Shown piece after piece: positions 57,306 through 64,000 of a stretch of 64,000 nucleotides of DNA. The notes under the pieces were generated by a model. It saw only the letters and a list, made by a program, of their open reading frames with translations. It did no database searches and was not told the origin of the DNA. This stretch comes from an uncultured Methanosarcinales archaeon. GTDB taxonomy: Archaea; Nanobdellota; Nanobdellia; Woesearchaeales; GW2011-AR4. Within the stretch, counting starts at the first letter, position 1. Each line of letters begins with the position of its first letter. The stretch is from NCBI GenBank assembly GCA_964585935.1, contig CAZPFO010000002.1, forward strand, positions 7,465-71,464. Reading direction: 5' to 3'. The translations under genes were made by a program, and so were the position numbers.

Positions 57306-58016
57306 TTAGAATAATTCTGCCAAATCACTAAAATCCCCAATCTTCAAGTCTCCGTTCATCTTATAGCCTATGAAGAACATACCTGCGTTTTTTGCTGCTC
57401 CTTTGTCGTTTATTGTGTCTCCGACCAAGACTGCTTCCCGGGGCTCTATATTTAATCTTTTGCACGCCTCTAATAAAGAATCAGGCTGCGGTTTTCCTTG
57501 ATCTACTTCATTTCCTCCAATAATAGCGTTAAATAAGCTTTTTATCTTATGGTGCTCTAATATTTCGGATGTTGGTTTTTTGTAGCTGTTTGTCACTATG
57601 CCCAGTTTAATATTTTTCTTTTTTAACTTTTCCAGTGTTTCTTTAACATCCGGGTTTAATTTTGTATCTGCCTTAAACTTGCCCATGTTTGAATAGTAAT
57701 GTTTGCTTATTTCTTCTACTGTTTTTCCTTTAAAGTACTGCATGGCATCCTTTTTTATTGAGCCGCCCCATACTTTTTCCATGAATTCTTTTTTTGTTAT
57801 TTTTTGGAGCTTATAGTGCTGCCTTGTATTATTAAAAACATTTAACCATGCATCCAATGAATCAATTATAACCCCGTCTAAATCAAAGATGACTGCCTTT
57901 AATTTATTGGGCTTATGATGCCTCATCATTTTATTATAAGTCCACTGGCCTACGACTACCCAGTAAATTGCCAGGATTGCAGTTATTGACAAAACAAAAA
58001 GCAGAATATCATTCAT
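57306..58016 (-). CDS. HAD-superfamily hydrolase (beta-phosphoglucomutase-like phosphatase)
   Basis: VIFDLDGVIIDS motif I, GDTINDKGAAKNAG motif IV, and a possible N-terminal TM anchor. Confidence 0.7.
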   Translation of the reverse strand: MNDILLFVLSITAILAIYWVVVGQWTYNKMMRHHKPNKLKAVIFDLDGVIIDSLDAWLNVFNNTRQHYKLQKITKKEFMEKVWGGSIKKDAMQYFKGKTVEEISKHYYSNMGKFKADTKLNPDVKETLEKLKKKNIKLGIVTNSYKKPTSEILEHHKIKSLFNAIIGGNEVDQGKPQPDSLLEACKRLNIEPREAVLVGDTINDKGAAKNAGMFFIGYKMNGDLKIGDFSDLAELF

Positions 58017-58609
58017 TTTTTACCTTTATAACGCCCTCTTTTTTCCACTTTCTCCAGTCTTTTTATTATTTCTTCTGAATTTGATGCTTTCTTTTTATAG
58101 CTTTGAAGGATATTTCTAAAAGAGTTCTCCCAGATTTTATAATGCTTGCTTTCCAGAGCTTCCTTTAATAGATGAAGATCAACTGCTTTGTCTTCTGTTT
58201 TATGGGAAAATGAGCTTAAGCCAAAATCAATAAAATAAATTTCTTTGTTCAATATCATATTTGAAGTCGTCAGGTCCCCATGAATGATGTTGTTGTTATG
58301 CAGGAGAGCAATCTTTTCTCCGATCTCTTTTGATAGGTTTTCAAGGTCTTTTTCCAATATATCTTTTATCAGCGGTCCGGGAATGTTCTCCATGGTTATT
58401 TTTTCTTTTTTGTCTGTTTTGATCAGTTCCGGGGAGGGGAAATTGATCAATGATAATTTTTCAAGTATTTTTGATTCCCGTTTTGTTCTTGATTTTCTCA
58501 GTCTTTCATCTATTTCTTTAATCCTGTATTTTTTTGGGAAACGGTCTTTGACTATTTCGTTATCTTTCAGAAATAATTTAGATTCTGCTCCTTGCGCTAT
58601 TAGTTTCAT
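58013..58609 (-). CDS. bud32: Kae1-associated kinase Bud32 (RIO-like)
   Basis: IIHGDLTTSNMIL catalytic loop and DFGLS; 198 aa, typical for archaeal Bud32. Confidence 0.8.
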   Translation of the reverse strand: MKLIAQGAESKLFLKDNEIVKDRFPKKYRIKEIDERLRKSRTKRESKILEKLSLINFPSPELIKTDKKEKITMENIPGPLIKDILEKDLENLSKEIGEKIALLHNNNIIHGDLTTSNMILNKEIYFIDFGLSSFSHKTEDKAVDLHLLKEALESKHYKIWENSFRNILQSYKKKASNSEEIIKRLEKVEKRGRYKGKK

Positions 58610-58694
58610 TTTTTATCATTAATTTTTGATCATTAGGGAATATTACACCCTCACAATTATTTGTGTATTTTCTTGTTAATTTTCTAAATTATAT

Positions 58695-58935
58695 TATTTG
58701 TTTTGAAAATTTAAAATAAAAAGGAAAATTCCTTGTTTCCACACGTTATAGGAATTTTCAACTTCTTCTGTTGCATTAAAGTTCACATAAAACAATATCA
58801 CTGGCTGATTTTCGTAATTAGCTATGAAATAAAACGAAAATCCTATTTAATTTTTGTTGAATACCTGATAGTTAGCTTAAGGCAATACAAAACTAATTAC
58901 AACTAATTGTGTACTGTTTGTGCACCTAATGGTTT
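58695..58935 (-). repeat. reverse-orientation copy of the conserved upstream module (upstream of bud32)
   Basis: Core CAACTAATTGTGTACTGTTTGTGCACCTAATGG at 58901-58933. About 200 nt at 58695-58900 align with 46475-46650 (shared GAAAATCCTATTTATTTTTGTTG, TTAAGGCAATRCAAAA). Confidence 0.55.
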
Positions 58936-58960
58936 AATTTACTGATTAATTGAATTTTAA

Positions 58961-59099
58961 TAGCCCTGCCAGGACTTTCGAGCCATAAATTGCTGCGCAA
59001 TTTAACAGCGTTCGAACCTGGGTCAAAAGGCCCAGAACCTCTTATGCCTAGTCTTCTTAAAGCGTTCTTCAAGAATTTGACCACTACACCACAGGGCTA
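58961..59099 (-). tRNA. probable tRNA-Gln(CUG) with two introns (D-region and T-loop)
   Basis: Minus-strand read: AGCCCTG TG GTGT AGTGGTCAAA [TTCTTGAAGA..] ..AGAGG UUCUGGG CCTTT TGAC CCAGG TTCGAA [36 nt] T CCTGG CAGGGCT A. The acceptor pairs perfectly and the D-arm is classic. Anticodon loop UUCUGGG gives CUG. T-stem CCAGG/CCTGG is interrupted after TTCGAA. No CCA is encoded. The intron placement in the D region is ambiguous. Confidence 0.5.
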
Positions 59100-59219
59100 T
59101 AAGATTGAAGTTATTTAATTTGATTTAAAAACTTAACTCTTTTGTTCCAAAACACGGCAAAACTTTTTAAATAAATAAGCATTAGCGACTAAATGTTAAT
59201 GCTTAATGGAGGTATCTGA

Positions 59220-59540
59220 ATGCCTGATATTCATGCAACATACAATGGAGACAGGGTAGATGGTAATTATAGACTCCCCCAGGGACAAAAAGATTCGATA
59301 TCCAGCATAAAACAGTCTACAGGGAAATTAAATCTTGATCTTGGGTCAGCAGTCAATCAGATGGTCAGCGCAATAGGGGAGTTGGAGAAAGGGGATGCTA
59401 CTATTGCAAGAGTATTGGCGCAGAGAGGCATATACGGCCTTGATTTAAAATATAAAGATGCTCAGTTAACTGCTGTCCATAATGTCAATGGCAATCTTCT
59501 CAGAATTTGTGTTTCTCCATCATTTAAGGGTGGAGATTAA
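59220..59540 (+). CDS. hypothetical protein
   Basis: 106 aa ORF; no family recognised. Confidence 0.35.
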   Translation: MPDIHATYNGDRVDGNYRLPQGQKDSISSIKQSTGKLNLDLGSAVNQMVSAIGELEKGDATIARVLAQRGIYGLDLKYKDAQLTAVHNVNGNLLRICVSPSFKGGD

Positions 59541-59543
59541 TAA

Positions 59544-60290
59544 TTAAGCAGGATTATCAATTAAAACTGGTTTTCCTTCTTTAACATCATTTTCCTTCTT
59601 TTCTTCAGTTTTCTCGGCTGGTTTTTCCTCTTTTTTAGCTTCAGCAGGCTTTTCTTCAATCTCTTTCTTTTCTTCTTTTACTTCTGCTTCCTTTGATTCA
59701 GAAGGCTTTTTTTCCTTTTCCAGCCTCATTGATTTTATTTCGAATTTCCTCAAAGGGTATATCTTTTTTAAATACGCTGATGCAGAGCTTTGTAGCTTAT
59801 AGCTGATTATATCGGTAACTAAATTATCAAAGGTCACTTTCTTTACTGCCCTTGTCAAATATTCTACTGCTGTATTGCATAATTTGGCGTTGACAGAGCC
59901 TTTTGTTGCAGACCTTGTAAAAAGCAATGGCTTAAGCCTAATTTTCCTGTTGTCTGATGTTTCGCAGACAAAAGATGGCTCTATTTTTTGGCTTCTTCTT
60001 CTTGTCAGCCTCTTGATGGATCCTGGCACCATATCATAACCAATAAGGCTTGTGTAGGCTTTATTTCCATCTACCTTATCAACTATAAATTTTATATTGA
60101 CATTCTGCCTTTTGACATCACTGGTAAGATTCATCAAGTTTTGAGTAATCGGCTTGTTTAATGCCAGCTTAGACTCGGTTAGCAATGTTTCTCCTAAAAC
60201 AACATTCCTGAATAGTTTTGGAGCTATTATAGAATACCAGTTCTTTTTCTTTATCTTGGTGGTTTTTTCTTGTTTTTTTGCTTCTGCCAT
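59544..60290 (-). CDS. rps3ae: 30S ribosomal protein S3Ae (S1e) with K/E-rich C-terminal extension
   Basis: From ATG 60290: MAEAKKQEKTTKIKKKNWYSIIAPKLFRNVVLGETLL... matches the S3Ae KKKxWYxIxAPxxF signature. The track ORF extends upstream from an unlikely start. Confidence 0.85.
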   Translation of the reverse strand: MAEAKKQEKTTKIKKKNWYSIIAPKLFRNVVLGETLLTESKLALNKPITQNLMNLTSDVKRQNVNIKFIVDKVDGNKAYTSLIGYDMVPGSIKRLTRRRSQKIEPSFVCETSDNRKIRLKPLLFTRSATKGSVNAKLCNTAVEYLTRAVKKVTFDNLVTDIISYKLQSSASAYLKKIYPLRKFEIKSMRLEKEKKPSESKEAEVKEEKKEIEEKPAEAKKEEKPAEKTEEKKENDVKEGKPVLIDNPA

Positions 60291-60410
60291 TCTAATTTGT
60301 TTATAATGTAAATATTGTATTTTGGGAAAAGAATTCGCTTTATAAAGCTTATGGTTTAAGTAAGTGAGAGGAGTAAAATATGAATTTAACAATAATAATG
60401 ATTGGTTAAG

Positions 60411-60530
60411 TTGGAAAAACCACCAACAATATTGGCAGGAGACGGTCAAATTGCTATGCAATTTGCCCTACCGACCACCCCGTAAGGGACATCCCCGGGT
60501 CGGTCTCCGCCAATGTTGGTGGTTTTTCTC
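60411..60530. ncRNA. candidate structured RNA / regulatory element (GC-rich nested inverted repeats), strand undetermined
   Basis: AAAAACCACCAACAATATTGGC-A-GGAGA pairs with TCTCC-GCCAATGTTGGTGGTTTTT (about 27 bp helix). Inside are a perfect 8-bp hairpin CAAATTGC-TAT-GCAATTTG, a CCGACC/GGTCGG helix, and CCC-GTAA-GGG / GGG-ACAT-CCC alternatives. The GC-rich island sits in AT-rich intergenic DNA between rps3ae and folC. Confidence 0.35.
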
Positions 60531-60604
60531 GCCATGGCTGGATTTTTTACCTATAAGTTCAATCAACAAATACCTTTATTAATAAGTAAATATTTGCGGT
60601 TTCT

Positions 60605-61813
60605 ATGAATTATGATGAAGTAATAAAATACCTGTATTCTTTAGAGAGGGCAAAAGGCAGCAAACTAGGGCTTGGAAATATCAATAGGCTGTTGAAAAAA
60701 ACAGGCAATCCTGAAAAAAAACTTCGATGCGTGCATGTTGCAGGAACTAATGGCAAGGGCTCTGTCTGTGTGATGATCTCAGCTGTTTTGCAGGAAGCTG
60801 GCTATAAGGTTGGGATGTACACAAGCCCCCATTTAAAGGATTTCAGGGACAGATTTCTGGTGAATAATAAAAAAATCTCAGAGAAGGATATAATTAAATA
60901 TTTTCTAAAAGTTAAAAGCTTTATTACTGGGCAGACTTTCTTCGAGGTTATAACTGCCATGGCTTTTCTTTATTTTAAGGAACAAAAGGTTGATTTTTTG
61001 GTTTTGGAAGTTGGTTTAGGTGGAAGGCTGGATGCGACAAATGTTGTAAAGCCTTTGGTTAGTGTGATAACAAATGTGGATATTGAGCATACTGATTTTT
61101 TAGGCGAGAGTATAGAAAAGATTGCTTATGAGAAAGGGGGAGTTATCAAAGAAGAGGTTCCGGTTGTTACAGGAGCTTCAGGTAAAGCATTAACAGTTAT
61201 TAAGAAAATTTCCAATAAAAACAATTCAAAGTTATTTATCAATAAAAAATATAAAAAGGCTAATGGTGAGTTTGAAATAAATAATTATAAAAATTTAAAA
61301 TTGAATTTAAAAGGTGATTTTCAGCTTGTGAATTCGTCAATAGCTATAGCTGCAATAGATGTTTTAAACCAATATTACAAATTAGACATAAATAAGAATA
61401 ATATAAAAAATGGCCTGAAAAATGTAGAATGGCATGGCAGGTTTGACTTTATCCGGAAAAATGTTTTAGTTGATTGCGCGCATAATCCTTCTTCTTTCAA
61501 GGTTTTAATTGACGAACTAAGAAGAATAAAAAACTGCTATGGAAAAATAATCTTGGTTATTGGGATTCTGGATGATAAGGATATAAAGAAAATGGTTAAA
61601 ATGATTGAACCATTAACTGATAAAATAATAGTAACTAAAGCAAAAACTCCAAGAGCTGAAGAACCGATTAATATTAAAAAATTCATTAAAAAGAAAATAA
61701 AAATAATAAAAAACGTCAAAAAGGCTGTAAAATATGCTGAAAAAACAGCTGGAAAAGGGGATTTGGTCTTAGTAACAGGAAGCTGTTTTGTTGTTGGTGA
61801 AGCTTTAAAATAA
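60605..61813 (+). CDS. folC: folylpolyglutamate synthase / dihydrofolate synthase (FolC, Mur-ligase family)
   Basis: VHVAGTNGKGSV P-loop, the FolC Mur-ligase catalytic domain, and C-terminal domain; 402 aa. Confidence 0.8.
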   Translation: MNYDEVIKYLYSLERAKGSKLGLGNINRLLKKTGNPEKKLRCVHVAGTNGKGSVCVMISAVLQEAGYKVGMYTSPHLKDFRDRFLVNNKKISEKDIIKYFLKVKSFITGQTFFEVITAMAFLYFKEQKVDFLVLEVGLGGRLDATNVVKPLVSVITNVDIEHTDFLGESIEKIAYEKGGVIKEEVPVVTGASGKALTVIKKISNKNNSKLFINKKYKKANGEFEINNYKNLKLNLKGDFQLVNSSIAIAAIDVLNQYYKLDINKNNIKNGLKNVEWHGRFDFIRKNVLVDCAHNPSSFKVLIDELRRIKNCYGKIILVIGILDDKDIKKMVKMIEPLTDKIIVTKAKTPRAEEPINIKKFIKKKIKIIKNVKKAVKYAEKTAGKGDLVLVTGSCFVVGEALK

Positions 61814-61887
61814 CCAAAAGTATACTCACTGCGTTCGTAGGTTTCGTAAAACGAAACCTTTAAAAATAACTATATCTCTACTATTAT

Positions 61888-62955
61888 ATGTTGCTTGTAA
61901 TAAATTTTGATAAGTTCTTAGATTTTGATAAAACATACCTACGAAATCGCTTTTCAGTTCTTGATTTTAATCGGAATGAAGTTTTTCCAGAAAAATGTAA
62001 TTTTATGAAAAATTCAAATAAAATAAAGAACATTGAAAAATTTGAGTTCTCTAAGTTAAATTTACCTAAGAATCTAAGTAACCGAGCTTTTGCTCAGATC
62101 AAAAGAAGGGTAAAGGAATATGAAAATAAAAAGAAGGCGTATAAATTCGAAAGCGATTATATTAAATATTTTCTTAAAGAAATTTTACCTTCTGATATTG
62201 ATAATTCAGAGTTAAAAAAATATACCTTACCCTTAATAGCTTCATTCATCGTCACTGACGGACATACAACTCTCAGAAAGAAAAAAGAGTTAGATACTTG
62301 GGAGTTAGGATTCAGCAATAAAAATACTGAATTGATTGATGCATTTAACGATTTAATATTCTTATCATTCAATGAGATTCCAAGTAGCGTAGATCATTCT
62401 CCAGATTTAAAAAGAACAAGGTATGTTGGTTCTTGGCATAAGTCTATGATAGAAGAAATCAGAGAATATTGTTACAAGAACAACCAAAAAGATATAAAAA
62501 ATCTATTAAATTCCAATAAAAAGATTTTATTTGAATGTTTTAGAATTGCAATGTCTTGTGACGGATTTGTTACATTCCACATTGCAAAAGAAAAGTATGG
62601 TTTCAAAGGAAAACAATATTATAATCGGATAAGAGCTTCTATTGACTTGGGCTGTAAACCCTTAAGTTTAAGAGAAGATTGGAAAAAATTAACAGACAAA
62701 TTAGAATTAAAGTTCAGTATTAAAAAAGATAGAATTAAATGCACTCTTCACAAATCTTTAGAAGATTTTTTAAACATCGGTGGATTTATTCCAAAAACTA
62801 TGATAGGGGACGACAGTAAATATTTTAGAAATTTAGATAAAAATCAAGCATTAGAAACTTTAATAAGGATTAAAAATAATAAGTCGAATAACATCATTTC
62901 AAATGATAAGGAACAAAAAATATTAATAAAGAGAGTGATGGGTGGGTTAAAATGA
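61888..62955 (+). CDS. hypothetical protein with two weak LAGLIDADG-like motifs (possible free-standing homing endonuclease-like protein)
   Basis: PLIASFIVTDGHTTL and FRIAMSCDGFVTFHIAK lie about 100 aa apart, resembling the duplicated LAGLIDADG helices. Very K/N-rich. The stop overlaps the guaA start. Confidence 0.3.
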   Translation: MLLVINFDKFLDFDKTYLRNRFSVLDFNRNEVFPEKCNFMKNSNKIKNIEKFEFSKLNLPKNLSNRAFAQIKRRVKEYENKKKAYKFESDYIKYFLKEILPSDIDNSELKKYTLPLIASFIVTDGHTTLRKKKELDTWELGFSNKNTELIDAFNDLIFLSFNEIPSSVDHSPDLKRTRYVGSWHKSMIEEIREYCYKNNQKDIKNLLNSNKKILFECFRIAMSCDGFVTFHIAKEKYGFKGKQYYNRIRASIDLGCKPLSLREDWKKLTDKLELKFSIKKDRIKCTLHKSLEDFLNIGGFIPKTMIGDDSKYFRNLDKNQALETLIRIKNNKSNNIISNDKEQKILIKRVMGGLK

Positions 62956-64000
62956 GTCAAATAATTATTATAAACTTTGGCGGACAACTGACGCATATGA
63001 TAGCAAGGCGTGTTAGAGACCTTGGTGTTTATTCTGAAATCAAGCCTTATGATATAACTGCTGCTGAGATCAAGAATCTTAATCCAAAAGGCATAATACT
63101 ATCAGGAGGGCCTAGCTCTGTTAACAGCAAAAATGCTCCTTTGCCTGACAGAAGAATATTTGAGCTTGGGATTCCTGTTTTAGGCATCTGTTATGGCCAG
63201 CAGCTGATAGGGAAATATTATGGGGAGATTCTGCCTGGAAAATTGAAGGAATACGGCAAGAAAAATCTATTCATCAAAAATAACGGGATTCTGTTAAAAA
63301 AACTGGGTAAGAAGGAGCAGGTCTGGATGTCACATGGTGATTTAGTCAGTAAATTGCCTAATGATTTTAGTGTGTTGGCGAAAACAGATTCTTGTTCAAT
63401 AGCTGCTTTTGAAAATAAAGAAAAAAAGCTGTATGGTGTGCAGTTCCATCCAGAGGTTGCGCATACTCCAAAAGGTAATGAGATTTTGAAGAATTTTGTT
63501 TTTGATATCTGCAAAGCAAAAAAGGACTGGAATATCGGCAGCTTGAAAGATAAGTTAATTAAGGAAATTAAAGATGAAGTTAATGATGATTACGTGATAA
63601 TGGGGGCTTCTGGTGGGGTTGATAGCACAGTTGCTTCTGTTCTGATGCATGGGGCAATTAAGGATAGAATTTATTGTGTTTTTATTGACCATGGGCTTAT
63701 AAGGAAAAATGAGGCTGAGGAGGTCAGGGATGCTTTTAAGAAATTCGAATTTAAGCATTTTTATATGATTGATGCAAGCAGATTATTTCTGAAAAGGCTG
63801 AGGAGGGTTGTAGATCCTGAAAAGAAGAGAAAGATAATTGCTAAGACTTTTATTGAGGTTTTTGAGAAGAAGGTCAAGGAGCTGGAGAGGAAAAACCCTG
63901 CGATTAAGTTTTTAGGCCAGGGCACAATCTACCCTGACAGGATTGAAAGTGCGCAGCCTTCAAAACAGGCTGACAAGATCAAAAGCCATCATAATGTTAT
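62952..64000 (+). CDS. guaA: GMP synthase (glutamine-hydrolysing), partial at window end
   Basis: N-terminal class-I GATase (GICYGQQL) and the ATP-PPase PP-loop GGVDSTVASVLMHGA. No stop before the window end. Confidence 0.9.
   Translation, partial: MSQIIIINFGGQLTHMIARRVRDLGVYSEIKPYDITAAEIKNLNPKGIILSGGPSSVNSKNAPLPDRRIFELGIPVLGICYGQQLIGKYYGEILPGKLKEYGKKNLFIKNNGILLKKLGKKEQVWMSHGDLVSKLPNDFSVLAKTDSCSIAAFENKEKKLYGVQFHPEVAHTPKGNEILKNFVFDICKAKKDWNIGSLKDKLIKEIKDEVNDDYVIMGASGGVDSTVASVLMHGAIKDRIYCVFIDHGLIRKNEAEEVRDAFKKFEFKHFYMIDASRLFLKRLRRVVDPEKKRKIIAKTFIEVFEKKVKELERKNPAIKFLGQGTIYPDRIESAQPSKQADKIKSHHNV

Noticed and set aside
60438-60512. tRNA-like reading of the GC-rich element (ends ...GGTCTCCGCCA, 6-bp acceptor-like pairing with GGAGAC)
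   Set aside because: No recognisable D-arm or T-arm (no GGTTCRANYCC-type T-loop). The nested long helices fit a different structure.

Overview
This is an AT-rich archaeal chromosomal segment, roughly one-third GC by eye, though I did not compute it. The archaeal assignment rests on core genes: ribosomal proteins S8e, L37e and S3Ae, an Sm-like protein (SmAP), the proteasome beta subunit, aCPSF1, Bud32, HisS, MetAP2 and Dph2. The lineage is likely uncultured and possibly DPANN-like, but I cannot place it from sequence alone.

Core metabolism includes a contiguous minus-strand arginine pathway (argG-argF-argH-argJ-argB-argD-argC) followed by carA-carB. Elsewhere there are ribA, prs, hisG-hisS, folC and guaA (cut off at the window end).

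The accessory centre is a roughly 14 kb archaeal type IV pilus-like island at about 27.3-41.7 kb. It carries at least eight proteins with class-III (prepilin-type) signal peptides of the Q-x-x-L-E-[FY] kind; one has a C-terminal LamG lectin domain and one is Cys-rich. It also has a FlaI/VirB11-family secretion ATPase, two T2SS-F-like platform proteins, a Sec-dependent Cys-rich secreted protein, and a phage tail-fibre-like repeat protein with a C-terminal peptidase S74 (intramolecular chaperone) domain. No prepilin peptidase is visible.

Two tRNA genes each appear to carry two introns. One is tRNA-Leu(UAG) with a D-loop intron plus the canonical 37/38 intron. The other is a probable tRNA-Gln(CUG) with a D-region intron and a T-loop intron.

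The most striking non-coding signal is a conserved multi-block upstream module present in at least six copies. It has an (A/T)ATCAATAAAAA repeat tract, a core GTGCACAAACACTGC..GTTGTGAGCGTGTATGTGCAGTC followed by a T-run, then an AAAAACNCAGATGATGAAAGCGCAAATAATTGTG block and a TATA-like block. It sits at a fixed distance and orientation upstream of unrelated genes: two pilin-island genes, aCPSF1, map, prs and bud32.

Other oddities:
- a GC-rich nested inverted-repeat element (about 120 nt) between S3Ae and folC that may be a structured RNA;
- an amino-acid permease fused to a SAM methyltransferase;
- an N-terminally shortened Dph2;
- a PEP-CTERM-like tail on a surface protein;
- a LAGLIDADG-like free-standing ORF overlapping the guaA start;
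- bacterial-type RsuA and RibA.
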